Shown piece after piece: positions 1-9,535 of a DNA stretch of 64,000 bases (its first letter is position 1; the number at the start of each line of letters is the position of its first letter). Made by a program: the position numbers and the translations under genes. This stretch comes from Cyanophyceae cyanobacterium. GTDB lineage: Bacteria > Cyanobacteriota > Cyanobacteriia > Cyanobacteriales > JBHJGN01. Location of the stretch: the NCBI GenBank assembly GCA_050331735.1, contig JBHJGN010000048.1:1-64000 (forward strand). Direction: 5' to 3'. The notes beneath the pieces were generated by a model. The model was not told where the DNA came from. It did not search any database and saw nothing but the letters and a program-made list of their open reading frames with translations.

Positions 1-1211
1 TGATTAGAGTCACTCAGAAAGTCCGCATCTATCCTGAACCTGAACAGCAGCAACTCTTAGCAAAAGCAATGGGCTGCTGTCGATGGTGGTGGAATCGTGC
101 GCTCAAGATCTCTAATCAGACCTATAAGGAGACGGGGAAAAGCATCTCCAGAAATGGACTAAATGCTTGGCTTCCCAAGCTCAAGCAAGAGTTTGAGTGG
201 CTAGGCACTGATGTTTACTCCCAAAGTTTGCAGCAGACAACGCTCAACTTGTCTCGCGCCTTCCTCAACTTCTTCGAGAAGCGAGCTAGATACCCTCGGT
301 TCAAGTCCAAGCACGGCAAACAAACGGTTGGTTTCCCTCAAGGGGTCAAGATAGAAAGCAACGCCATCTACCTTCCCAAGCTAGGCTTGGTCAAAGCCGT
401 ATTTGACCGCCGCTACGCTGGAAAGGTCAAGACAGTAACCGTGACCAAAGACGCAACTGAGCGTTACTTTGCTTCAATTCTCTACGAGGTTGAAGCCTGC
501 TTTATCTCTAGTTCACAGGGAAACAAAATTCTTGGTGTTGACCTTGGCATCAAAGATTTTGCTATTGTCACTGATGGCACAAAGACTAGCAAGTATAGCA
601 ATCCAAAGCACTTCAAAAAACATGAGCAAAACCTAGCTCGCAAACAAAAGAAACTGGCTCGTAAGCAGCTAGGAAGTAAAACGAGAGCAAAAGCTAAAAA
701 GTTAGCCGCTAGGGTTCACACCCGAATTAGTAATGCCCGTCAGGACTTTCTGCACAAGCTGAGCAGAAAACTGACTAACGAAAGCCAAGTCGTTGCAGTG
801 GAAAATCTCAACGTGAAGGGTATGGTGCGGAACCACAAATTAGCTTCAGCTATATCTGATGTCGGTTGGGGGAGGTTGGTCAATTTCTTGAGCTACAAGC
901 TCGAACGAGAAGAGAAAAGGCTTGTAGAAATTGATAGATGGTTTCCTAGCTCTAAAACCTGTTCAAGCTGCTTGTACCAGCTTGATAAGCTATCTCTAGA
1001 TATTAGAGAATGGACTTGTCCAAGTTGCCAGACTCGTCACGACAGAGATAGCAATGCGGCACTCAACATTAGAGCCGAAGGCATCAGACTACTAAAGACG
1101 GAGGGAACACCCGTCTCTGCTAGTGGAGGAAATGTCAGACCAACTCGCGGTCGCAAGACTAAGACAAGGCAATTTCCTGCGAAGCTAGAAACCCCTGCTT
1201 CAACGAAGTAA
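1..1211 (+). CDS. tnpB: IS200/IS605-family RNA-guided endonuclease TnpB (start codon cut by window edge)
   Basis: Frame is open upstream of ATG 69 (IRVTQKVRIYPEPEQQQLL, OrfB HTH-like) and the window begins with 'TG' of a probable start. RuvC motifs GVDLG, VAVENL and DRD; zinc ribbon CSSC...CPSC. Confidence 0.93.
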   Translation, partial: IRVTQKVRIYPEPEQQQLLAKAMGCCRWWWNRALKISNQTYKETGKSISRNGLNAWLPKLKQEFEWLGTDVYSQSLQQTTLNLSRAFLNFFEKRARYPRFKSKHGKQTVGFPQGVKIESNAIYLPKLGLVKAVFDRRYAGKVKTVTVTKDATERYFASILYEVEACFISSSQGNKILGVDLGIKDFAIVTDGTKTSKYSNPKHFKKHEQNLARKQKKLARKQLGSKTRAKAKKLAARVHTRISNARQDFLHKLSRKLTNESQVVAVENLNVKGMVRNHKLASAISDVGWGRLVNFLSYKLEREEKRLVEIDRWFPSSKTCSSCLYQLDKLSLDIREWTCPSCQTRHDRDSNAALNIRAEGIRLLKTEGTPVSASGGNVRPTRGRKTKTRQFPAKLETPASTK

Positions 1212-1226
1212 GCAGGGGTAGTTCAT
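1..1226 (+). mobile_element. IS200/IS605-family element, right part with right-end hairpin
   Basis: tnpB followed by subterminal hairpin ACCCCTGCTT(1191-1200)-N9-AAGCAGGGGT(1210-1219), then AGTTCAT, typical of IS605-group right ends. Left end and any tnpA lie outside the window. Confidence 0.8.
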
Positions 1227-1246
1227 AGACAGCGGCTTTGTTTCTC
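1080..1246 (+). ncRNA. Putative omegaRNA (reRNA) scaffold plus flanking guide
   Basis: Inferred from the known TnpB architecture, where the RNA overlaps the tnpB 3' end and right end and the guide is the flank from about 1227. The 5' boundary is a guess. Confidence 0.5.
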
Positions 1247-1600
1247 CAGCAGCTCCTACAGAGAGGAATGTAGCCTGTTTGAGCTAACTTACGTTTTTTT
1301 ACAATTAGCTTTCTAGCAAATCTCAATTCTCAGACAAGTTAAGAAGTATCTGCAATTTTACAGAGAGCTTTAAATATTGACTACTTCTTTTGATGCATAT
1401 CTTTTGACCAGAAAAGGCAGTAAAAGCAATTGAGTACGATTAAGCTGTCTACAATTTTCACACAATAGCTCTTCAGGCAGATAAAAAATGTTTGAAAAGC
1501 TATAAAATTGTATATGAGCAATAATTTGAAACTTGAAATTTCAGCTTAGCATTGCTCTTTCAACGAGTAAAATTTACGCAGTTAACGAGGACAAAAAACT

Positions 1601-2581
1601 ATGGCCAATAAATTCTACAAACGTGCTGCTGGACTGTTTTATAGTCATGATGAAGCAGAGGCAGCAATCCGCGCCCTGAAAGACGATGGTTACGATATGG
1701 ACAACATTTCTCTGCTAGCCCGTAATCCCGACGGGATCAGCGGAGCTGAGGAAGTTGCCGACACAGAAGGAAACAATGCTGCTGAAGGAGCCGGTGCTGG
1801 TGCTACAACGGGGGCAGTGATCGGCGGGATTGGCGGTCTTTTGCTTGGTGCTGGCGTGTTAGCAATTCCCGGTCTTGGTCCTGTGCTAGCTGCTGGAGCC
1901 GGGATCTCGGAAATTGCCGCCACTCTAGCGGGTGCTGGCATTGGTGCAGCGGCTGGTGGTTTGGTTGGTGCCTTAACGGGTTTAGGAATCCCCGAAGAGA
2001 AAGCGAAGGTATATGATGAGCGCGTTAGAGGGGGAAGCTTCCTCGTTATTGTTAACGGTACAGCCGCAGAAATTGCCCGTGCCGAGTCAATTATGCAGCA
2101 GCACGGGGTAGAAGAATTTGGCATTTACGATGTCCCGGGAGCGCAACCCACTACTGTTGCCGATGTCGATGAAGACCTCAGAACCAGAACGGACATCACT
2201 GACAACGAGAAGATTAAACTCCATGAAGAACGTCTCATGGTTAACAAACAGCGGGCCAAAACGGGAGATGTTTCTGTTGGCAAACGAGTGGAAACCGAAA
2301 CAGCCAAAGTTTCTGTGCCAGTCGAAAAAGAACGTCTGGTCATTGAACGCAGAGATGCGACATCAGGGACTGTCGTTGCCCCTGGGACTGCTGATTTTGA
2401 CGGTGGTAAAGTAGCTCGCGTCGATCTCTACGAAGAAACGGCGAACGTCGAAAAGCAAGCTTTTGTCCGTGAAGAAGTAAGCGTTCGTAAAGAAGTCGAG
2501 CAAGAAACCGTCCAGGCTAGCGAAACGATTCGTCGTGAAGAATTAGAAGTTAACGCTGATGGCGATGTTCTTGAGCGTTAA
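1601..2581 (+). CDS. General stress protein with C-terminal YsnF/AvaK (DUF2382) domain
   Basis: N-terminal general-stress-like region with glycine-zipper hydrophobic segment (LAIPGLGPVLAAG); C-terminal LHEERLMVNK...VREEVSVRKE...IRREEL; GAGG RBS. Confidence 0.85.
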   Translation: MANKFYKRAAGLFYSHDEAEAAIRALKDDGYDMDNISLLARNPDGISGAEEVADTEGNNAAEGAGAGATTGAVIGGIGGLLLGAGVLAIPGLGPVLAAGAGISEIAATLAGAGIGAAAGGLVGALTGLGIPEEKAKVYDERVRGGSFLVIVNGTAAEIARAESIMQQHGVEEFGIYDVPGAQPTTVADVDEDLRTRTDITDNEKIKLHEERLMVNKQRAKTGDVSVGKRVETETAKVSVPVEKERLVIERRDATSGTVVAPGTADFDGGKVARVDLYEETANVEKQAFVREEVSVRKEVEQETVQASETIRREELEVNADGDVLER

Positions 2582-2696
2582 ACCAAGGACAACGTTGAGT
2601 TAAATTGAAATTATTATGCTTCTGGATGTAGAGTAATTTTGAACTTCACCGTGAAGCAGTGAAGCAACAGTTATTAGCTTTCTCGAACATTAATTG

Positions 2697-2725
2697 AAGT
2701 TACACCTGAGCTTCCGGTGTAACTT
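2697..2725. terminator. Stem-loop downstream of the stress gene
   Basis: AAGTTACACC-N9-GGTGTAACTT, a perfect 10-bp inverted repeat. Confidence 0.45.
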
Positions 2726-2779
2726 TGAAGCTCAAGAGAGCTAGTAGCTCACCAGGTTTTTCAGAGTTTTCGGCAAATC

Positions 2780-3328
2780 ATGTTTAGCGACCTCAATCCA
2801 TTCGTAGAAATTACTGTAACAGGAATTATTGCTTACCTAGCTATTATTTTTCTACTGAGAGTATCGGGTAAACGAACTCTATCTAAGTGGAATTCTTTCG
2901 ATTTTGTCATCACAATTGCCTTTGGTTCAATTCTAGCTAGCGTTTTGTTATCGACGAGTGATACTTTTGGCAAAGGAATTTTGGGGTTTGCTCTGCTTGT
3001 ACTGTTTCAGTACGCTATTACTTGGATTTCAGTTCGTTCTTCAATCATTCAAAAACTGATTAAATCGGAACCAGCACTACTGCTTTATCAAGGAGAAATG
3101 CGGCAAGATATGATGAAGCGAGAACGCATTGCAGAAGGAGAGATTTTAGCAGCGCTCAGGGCAAATGGCGTATCAGCTATTGAAGAAGCAGACGCCGTCA
3201 TTTTAGAAACAGACGGTAGCTTTAGCGTTATCGAGACGCTTGCAAATGGTTCTGCTTCTGCCCTTAAGGATGTTCGAGGAATCGATCGTACCACGGTAGC
3301 TCGGACAAATGAAAAGACTGAACGGTAA
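2780..3328 (+). CDS. DUF421 (YetF-like) membrane protein
   Basis: LRVSGKRTLSKWNSFDFV, three TM segments, ILETDGSFSVI. Confidence 0.88.
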   Translation: MFSDLNPFVEITVTGIIAYLAIIFLLRVSGKRTLSKWNSFDFVITIAFGSILASVLLSTSDTFGKGILGFALLVLFQYAITWISVRSSIIQKLIKSEPALLLYQGEMRQDMMKRERIAEGEILAALRANGVSAIEEADAVILETDGSFSVIETLANGSASALKDVRGIDRTTVARTNEKTER

Positions 3329-3410
3329 TGCAGCGGTTAACAAAAATTGTTTCTTATCCTGAGCAGTAATAGTTAAGTTAGTGGTTCGAGCCTCGCTACA
3401 GCTTGGGGTA

Positions 3411-3486
3411 TTTCCTGCAGGACGGGAAAGGGGCATTGTAGTTACTAAGAAAAATATTCTTCCCGTTTTCCTCGCGCCGTCGGCGC
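3411..3486. repeat. Degenerate copy of hairpin/purine-tract mosaic repeat
   Basis: TTTCCTGCAGGAC-GGGAAAGGGG ... TTCCCGTTTTCCTC-GCGCCGTCGGCGC, ending 4 nt from the stop codon at 3491. Confidence 0.55.
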
Positions 3487-3490
3487 TTTT

Positions 3491-4468
3491 CTAGGGAGAC
3501 GATTTAAGGTGAGCGTCGAAGAAAGCAACTGCCCTATCGATCATCTCCGGGTCAAATAGTTCGCCGTTGTCCCCCTCATGATTGTGACCGAGATTAGGAT
3601 CGCGGATAAACGTGACCTCTACTCCGCCTTTTTCTAAAGCTGTTGCCAACAGTTCGCTCTGCTGAATCGGAACAATGGTATCCGGTTCGCCGTGAACGAT
3701 TAAAAACGGAGGATCGCTTTTGTCGATATAGTTAATTGGGTTAGCGAGAGCGGCTAATTCAAGATTTTGGGAAACCGGACCCCCGAGAACGAGATGTACG
3801 GCTACGGTATACAGGAACCAAGGTTCCCAACGATACTTTTTCCAAACTTCCGGGGTAACGGGTTCCTCAAACGTGGGCGGTACTCGAGTAAAGTCAGAAA
3901 TGCCAAACCAGTTACAGACAGCCTGAACGTCGCTGGCAATTCCAGGATACTGAGTTGGTCCGGCTAAGCGTTCTACTCCAGCCGAAGTCCCCAACAAAGC
4001 ACTCAAATGTCCTCCCGCCGATGGTCCCCAAGCGCCAAACCGATCAGCATCTAAGCCATAGCGGTCGGCATTAGCCCGCAACCAGCGCACAGCTTCCTTC
4101 ACATCGTGAATCTGTGCCGGAAAGCGAGCAACATCGCTCAGTCGATAGCTAACGCAGGCGATCGCATAGCCGCGCTGGGCCGCAATTTTACCAGGACAGT
4201 CTTCCTTGCTGCCTTCTCGCCAGCCCCCCCCATGAATATAGATCAACACCGGGAGGGGGTGAGATGATGGGGCGGTAGTCGGAAGATACAGATCGAGCAG
4301 TAACTTTCCCTCTCCTTCTGCTAGAGGATAGCTACCGTATTGCAGATCTTCGTGAATAGTGAGTTGAAGACGACGGCAGCCTGAGAGGAACATAAGCGTC
4401 AGGAGCAACAAACGCGCAAGAGTTGCTCCGCGACGGGGAAAGGGTAAGGGGGAAAGGGGAAAGGGCAT
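3491..4468 (-). CDS. Alpha/beta hydrolase (HSL/BD-FAE-like esterase), probable lipoprotein
   Basis: HGGGW oxyanion motif, GPSAGG nucleophile elbow, HGEPD..VP, GH; lipobox LSGC after a hydrophobic stretch. Start uncertain (ATG 4468 or TTG 4474). Confidence 0.85.
   Translation of the reverse strand: MPFPLSPLPFPRRGATLARLLLLTLMFLSGCRRLQLTIHEDLQYGSYPLAEGEGKLLLDLYLPTTAPSSHPLPVLIYIHGGGWREGSKEDCPGKIAAQRGYAIACVSYRLSDVARFPAQIHDVKEAVRWLRANADRYGLDADRFGAWGPSAGGHLSALLGTSAGVERLAGPTQYPGIASDVQAVCNWFGISDFTRVPPTFEEPVTPEVWKKYRWEPWFLYTVAVHLVLGGPVSQNLELAALANPINYIDKSDPPFLIVHGEPDTIVPIQQSELLATALEKGGVEVTFIRDPNLGHNHEGDNGELFDPEMIDRAVAFFDAHLKSSP
4422..4465. repeat. Partial mosaic repeat (hairpin plus G-tracts) inside the hydrolase 5' end
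   Basis: GTTGCTCCGCGAC followed by GGGGAAAGGGTAAGGGGGAAAGGGGAAAGGG. Confidence 0.7.
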
Positions 4469-4554
4469 CGACAAGAGTTTTGAGTAAAGTCAACACAAGT
4501 CTTTAGCCATTAGCTACAGAAGCAGGCTAACAGCTAACAGCTTTGAGCACAACG

Positions 4555-5166
4555 CTACTTCCTCAAATTTACCAAGGCAATGAGTCCAAATCCGGTCAGG
4601 ACAGTACCAGAAATGCGGTTTAGATACTGCAACTTTTGCGGAGTGAAGTGTTTCCTTAATAGACTAACGCCACTACACAGCAGCAGCCACCAGCAAGCTG
4701 AACCGCTGAAAACCCCTAAAACCAATAAGCTAGCGGCACGATAGCTGGGAGAATCGGTTAATCCGGCTCCGGCGAAAATAGCCACAAATGCCAGGATCGT
4801 GAGGGGGTTTGTAATAGTGAGGAAGAAAGTAGAGACGTAGGCATGGATTAAGCTGCTGCTTTCCTTGGCAATCTTTTGTTGGGCGGGTTTGTCGATAAAC
4901 GTTTTGATCCCCAAATAACAAAGAAAGATGCCGCCCACAAGCCGAAGCCAAAACTGTTGTTCAATCAAGAGTCGCGAGATAAAAGTCAGTCCAAGTCCCG
5001 CAATACAGCCATAAACGCCGTCAGCAGTCGCGGCTCCGAGTCCGCTGATCAAACCAGCGAGTCGTCCTTGTACTAGTGTGCGATTGATGCACAGAATGCC
5101 GATCGCTCCCACTGGCGCTGCAATCGAAAAGCCAATCATCAAACCCGTTAATAAAATCATGTGCAT
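4555..5166 (-). CDS. LysE family translocator
   Basis: GFSIAAPVGAIGILCINRTL, GAATAD, FFLTITNPLTI; several TM helices. Confidence 0.92.
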   Translation of the reverse strand: MHMILLTGLMIGFSIAAPVGAIGILCINRTLVQGRLAGLISGLGAATADGVYGCIAGLGLTFISRLLIEQQFWLRLVGGIFLCYLGIKTFIDKPAQQKIAKESSSLIHAYVSTFFLTITNPLTILAFVAIFAGAGLTDSPSYRAASLLVLGVFSGSACWWLLLCSGVSLLRKHFTPQKLQYLNRISGTVLTGFGLIALVNLRK

Positions 5167-5279
5167 AGTCGATTTTTCGATAGATTGCCCTTTAGTTTAG
5201 AAAGAGCTTTTCTGAACTTGAATAGAAAATCAAAACAGTTTTGATTAAAAAAAGAACAATTTAAAGATAAAATTGCTCA

Positions 5280-5744
5280 ATGGCTTTAAATTCTGAAAAT
5301 ATTTTAGACAACACAGGCTGGCAAATTCTAGAGGTGCTGCAAGAAAACGCCAGAATCTCTTTCTCTGAACTGGGGCGACAGGTAGGGCTTTCTGCTCCAG
5401 CCGTTGCTGAACGAGTGCGGAGAATGGAAGCGGAAGGCATTATTAGCAGCTACCGAGCGGACATTGACCCAGAAAAGATTGGTCTACCGCTGATGGCGAT
5501 GATTGAGTTGACCACGACACCAGATCGGTATCCGCGCATTATTGCCCTGATCGACAATTTGCCTGTTTTAGAGTGCTATCATGTGACGGGCGATCGCTCG
5601 TTTGTGATGAAAGTAATCGCTCGCTCTATGTCCCACCTGGAAACGATTATTGAACAACTCAGCTATTTTGGTTCAACAACGACTGCCGTTGTGTTGTCCT
5701 CGCCGCTAAAAGCCAGGGAAATTTCTCGCAACATGATAAATTAA
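5280..5744 (+). CDS. Lrp/AsnC family transcriptional regulator
   Basis: LQENARISFSELGRQVGLSAPAVAERVRRME HTH; ECYHVTGD; divergent from lysE-like gene. Confidence 0.93.
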   Translation: MALNSENILDNTGWQILEVLQENARISFSELGRQVGLSAPAVAERVRRMEAEGIISSYRADIDPEKIGLPLMAMIELTTTPDRYPRIIALIDNLPVLECYHVTGDRSFVMKVIARSMSHLETIIEQLSYFGSTTTAVVLSSPLKAREISRNMIN

Positions 5745-5840
5745 CGTTGTCAGTTAAAGGAAGAACGAAGCAGTTCTTCTCTATGTGCTGTAGACGTTAT
5801 TCGTCCGAATTTAGCAATAATCGGCTAGGCGATCGCCTCC

Positions 5841-6719
5841 TTATTGCTCGCCCTGCAAATCTTTGAGAAATTCCCGCAACGTTGGCATCTGCTCGTTCTG
5901 CCGCCAAGCCGCTGCTAGCTGTAGCTTAATAGGAATATCTTCAATTTCTCTACAGGCAACTTCTCCTTGAACCAATAATTTAACACTCGCTGGCACGAAC
6001 GTAATTCCCATTCCAGCGGCGACCAAGCAGATACGAGTTTGATGCGACCCAACCTCCTTAACGATCTGGGGTTGAAATCCTACTTGGTAGCACAAGCGTC
6101 TGAAGCTGTCATACAGCATCGGTCCTTCTTGCCGAGGATGAAGAATAAATTTTTCATGGGCGAGGAGAGCAAGCGACAAGCGCTTCTGTTCTAGCAGCGG
6201 ATGGTGTTTGGGTAACACAACCACAAACGTCTCCTCCAGAATCAGATGCAGCGCAAGTCCGCGCTCGTCGATGGGGGGATGCAAAAATGCTAGATCAATG
6301 GTGTGCTGATTGAGGGCAGCAACTTGTACTTCAGTAGACAACTCCAGCATGGTAATTTCGACGTTGGGATAGCGATCGCGGAAGCGTCGCACTAGCTTTG
6401 GCAAGACGGTGTAAGTTGCCGTTACCGTGAAGCCGAGCGTTAGCTGTCCTATTTCTCCCCGGGCCGTGCGTTTAGCAACTTGAATGGCTTCATCAGCTTG
6501 GGAAAGAAGCTGTCGTGCTCGCTCCAAAAAGCACTGTCCGGCGCTCGTCAGTTGCACAGTGCGCTTTGTGCGCATCAGCAGCAGAACATCGATTTCCTGC
6601 TCCAGTGCAGCAATCTGCTTGCTTAATGCTGGCTGCGTCATCTGTAGGCGCTCTGCTGCCCGACCAAAATGCAGCTCCTCAGCAACGACGACAAAATAGC
6701 GCAGATGACGAAACTCCAT
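5841..6719 (-). CDS. LysR family transcriptional regulator
   Basis: MEFRHLRYFVVVAEELHFGRAAERLQMTQPALSKQI HTH; LVAAGMGITFVP. Confidence 0.95.
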   Translation of the reverse strand: MEFRHLRYFVVVAEELHFGRAAERLQMTQPALSKQIAALEQEIDVLLLMRTKRTVQLTSAGQCFLERARQLLSQADEAIQVAKRTARGEIGQLTLGFTVTATYTVLPKLVRRFRDRYPNVEITMLELSTEVQVAALNQHTIDLAFLHPPIDERGLALHLILEETFVVVLPKHHPLLEQKRLSLALLAHEKFILHPRQEGPMLYDSFRRLCYQVGFQPQIVKEVGSHQTRICLVAAGMGITFVPASVKLLVQGEVACREIEDIPIKLQLAAAWRQNEQMPTLREFLKDLQGEQ

Positions 6720-6832
6720 TTGATAACTTGCGGTTATTAGTTAACTGCCACAAATGACTTGGACAATCAGATCTATTCCAGCTTACGCTTAATGGGAACG
6801 TTTCAAGAACCAAAACTTTTGGGAGGAACTGC

Positions 6833-8209
6833 ATGAAGTGGCTCAAATCAAAGTGGTGCAAACGACTGGCCTTGGCCTTGCTTGGGAGCGTCATAGCAGT
6901 TGTTAGCTACGGATTGTTACAGCTTGAACCAGTAGCGCTTGCTCCCGTTACTCCATCTTCCCAACCGCCCCAGTTTGCCGGACGGGCTCTATTAGTTGCT
7001 TCTGACGCAGATATGGTAGCCACCGCCTACGCAGACGGAATCCTCGATCGAGTGACCGGCATTGAGGACACCCTCTCTATCATTGATCTCCCGCTCAACG
7101 CCGCTAACCCTCGGATTTGGCCAGTCCCCGTTTCAAATTCGGTGATGTCGTGGCCGCAGATTGTGGCCGTATCACCGAACGGTCAGCGGGCCTATGTGGC
7201 AGAGGTGCGATCGCGTCCGGCTGAGGAAATCCAAGAATTGGCCGATATTGACCAGATGCCTGAAGGTTCGCGAATTACCGTTGTAGATATTGCGGCAGCA
7301 GCCCCCCAGGTGATTGAGTCAGTTAACGTAGGACGTAACCCAGAACACATCAGCATTAGCCCTGACGGCCAGCTATTAGCCATAAATTTAGAAGATCCCG
7401 GTCGAGAATTACTGCTCGTTCAACTGCAAGCGGATGGAACCTTGGGCAAACGTTTCTATTTTCCAATGCCAAAGGACGACACTCGCCAAGATAACCGGGC
7501 CGCCATTTGGCATCCATCAGGAAAATTTTTGGCGATGACCCAGGATAATAATCGTCGGGTAGGTTTCTACCGGGTGGAAGCAGATACCAGCGGCAACCTT
7601 GCTGTCACCCCTTACAGCGAACCACTGAGGGTGGGCAATCATCTTAGCAATGCCCGATTTACAGCAGACGGGCGTTTTCTCCTCGTTCCCGACCTCAAGT
7701 GGAGTACCCACGGAATTCGAGCTTTAAACTATTTGCTCAATCCCAAGGGTGAAATCATTGCGATTCGGTTTGACCCGGAATTGAATCAAGTTCCTGAAGT
7801 TGTCGATAGAGCTGAGGTCGGGCTTAGCCCCGAAGGATTTGCCCTCAGTCCAGATAATTTACTGATAGCCACTGTCAACATGCGGCGCACCTATTTAAGC
7901 CCCCGTTTTCCCCCAAGATGGCGCGGCAAGCCCTATAGTTCACTATCATTAGTGAAATTTGACCCCTCTACTGCACAATTGACACCCGTTGGGGAATATG
8001 GGTTTGAAGGTCTGCTGCCAGAACAAGCCACCTTCGATGCCGAGGGCAAGTTTTTAGCCGTGGTCATTTATAACTATCGTGAGGAAAGCCCGACCACAGG
8101 TGCTGTCGAGTTTTGGCAGGTCATTCCCGACCGCCAGCCACGGCTTGAACGAACAGGGTATCAAATTGAGGTTGTGCGAGGGGCTCATGATATTGTCCTG
8201 GTTCCCTGA
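6833..8209 (+). CDS. Exported beta-propeller protein (lactonase/YncE-like)
   Basis: N-terminal signal or TM segment; blade motifs AVSPNG, ISISPDG, FTADG, FALSPD, FDAEG; GGAGG RBS. Confidence 0.75.
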   Translation: MKWLKSKWCKRLALALLGSVIAVVSYGLLQLEPVALAPVTPSSQPPQFAGRALLVASDADMVATAYADGILDRVTGIEDTLSIIDLPLNAANPRIWPVPVSNSVMSWPQIVAVSPNGQRAYVAEVRSRPAEEIQELADIDQMPEGSRITVVDIAAAAPQVIESVNVGRNPEHISISPDGQLLAINLEDPGRELLLVQLQADGTLGKRFYFPMPKDDTRQDNRAAIWHPSGKFLAMTQDNNRRVGFYRVEADTSGNLAVTPYSEPLRVGNHLSNARFTADGRFLLVPDLKWSTHGIRALNYLLNPKGEIIAIRFDPELNQVPEVVDRAEVGLSPEGFALSPDNLLIATVNMRRTYLSPRFPPRWRGKPYSSLSLVKFDPSTAQLTPVGEYGFEGLLPEQATFDAEGKFLAVVIYNYREESPTTGAVEFWQVIPDRQPRLERTGYQIEVVRGAHDIVLVP

Positions 8210-8368
8210 TAACTGCTAGCTTTGCGCTCCTCCCCCTTTCAGCTAGTTTTCCTGGCCCTGATAATCCGCTATAGTAACATCACAGATCCATCTAAATTGT
8301 GCTAACAATCTTCCCTAAATTGTTTCATCTTTGGTAGAGATTGCTACTGTACCGCTGTAGAGATTGCT

Positions 8369-9535
8369 ATGACTAATTCTACTCCTCCCGATCCGTCTCA
8401 GCCTCCTCAACCTGAATCACCGCAGCCGAGAAGACCAGCGGTGACCTTTGATGAGCTAGTGGCCATTATTGTTGCTTTTACAGCGATTGGTGCTATTTTA
8501 TTCTTCTCTTGGGGACGCAGAACTCCCTTATTAGAGCCAGGAGTTGTGCCTGCCGAGCCAAGGGGAGAAGCCAACGAGGTTGACATACCGGGAATATTCG
8601 GTCTGGAGGATGAAGAGTCTCCCTCTGAATCGGAATCTGGAGAATTTGGCTTGTCGGAAGAGGAAGAGACTCCTTCTGGGGAATCTCCATTAGAGTCACC
8701 GCGCGGCGCGTTTGAAAGTTTAGAGAACGGCGATCGCCCCCTCCCTTTCACTCCTCTTCCCCTGACACCCGAGACTCCTGCTGTTCCCCAAGCATCTCCG
8801 ACCCCATCTCCAGAAGCAGAGTTAGCGCCTTCAGAACCGACAGAAGAAACTCCCGAACCCGCAGCAGACAGTGAAACCTCGGTAATACCGACAGAAGAGG
8901 CTCCCGAACCCACAGAAGACAGTGAAACCTCGGCAGCTATTCCATTTAATGATATCTCTGAAGACTATTGGGCGTATCCCTTCATTGCCCCGCTTGTAGA
9001 GGAGGAACTATTAGTCGGCTTATCGGACAATCAATTTGAGCCTGATGAATCTGTGACCAGAGAGCAGCTAGCCGCGCAGTTAGATGAAGCCTTTCGGCAA
9101 GAAGCCGACCAAGATTTTATTAACTTCACAGATATTTCTCAGGGCAGCCCAACGGCCCAGAGAATTGATGAAGCCGTAGAAACAGGGTTTTTAAGAGGGT
9201 ATCCGAATCAAACCTTTCGTCCCGATCAGCTCGTGCCTCGCGTCCAGGTTTTAGTGGCGCTCGTTTCTGGCTTGGCTTTAGAACCAAGCCAAAACCCCGA
9301 TGAAATCCTGAGCGATTTTCAAGATGCCGAGGCGATTCCAGAGTGGGCCAGGGCAAAAGTAGCAGCCGCCACAGAAGCAGGCTTAGTGGTCAATCGCCCT
9401 GATTTCGACTCCAACAGACTTTACCCTAACGAGCCAGCCACTCGCGCCGAAGTTGCCGCCATGATTCATCAAGGTTTAGTAGAAGCAAATCGATTCAGCT
9501 CCATTTCTTCGGAATACATCATCGAAGCGCCGTAG
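8369..9535 (+). CDS. S-layer homology (SLH) domain protein with N-terminal TM and acidic Pro-rich linker
   Basis: FNDISEDYWAYPFI, GYPNQTFRPD and PNEPATRAEVAAMI SLH motifs; one TM; E/S/P-rich linker. Confidence 0.9.
   Translation: MTNSTPPDPSQPPQPESPQPRRPAVTFDELVAIIVAFTAIGAILFFSWGRRTPLLEPGVVPAEPRGEANEVDIPGIFGLEDEESPSESESGEFGLSEEEETPSGESPLESPRGAFESLENGDRPLPFTPLPLTPETPAVPQASPTPSPEAELAPSEPTEETPEPAADSETSVIPTEEAPEPTEDSETSAAIPFNDISEDYWAYPFIAPLVEEELLVGLSDNQFEPDESVTREQLAAQLDEAFRQEADQDFINFTDISQGSPTAQRIDEAVETGFLRGYPNQTFRPDQLVPRVQVLVALVSGLALEPSQNPDEILSDFQDAEAIPEWARAKVAAATEAGLVVNRPDFDSNRLYPNEPATRAEVAAMIHQGLVEANRFSSISSEYIIEAP
8837..8938 (+). repeat. 51-bp imperfect tandem duplication in the SLH linker
   Basis: PTEETPEPAADSETSVI / PTEEAPEPTEDSETSAA; DNA copies begin at 8837 and 8888. 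Confidence 0.8.

Noticed and set aside
1690..2124. Long antisense or alternate-frame ORFs (e.g. 1690-2124, 8407-8913, 50856-51485, 58998-59576)
   Set aside because: They shadow well-supported genes and show no recognisable motifs.
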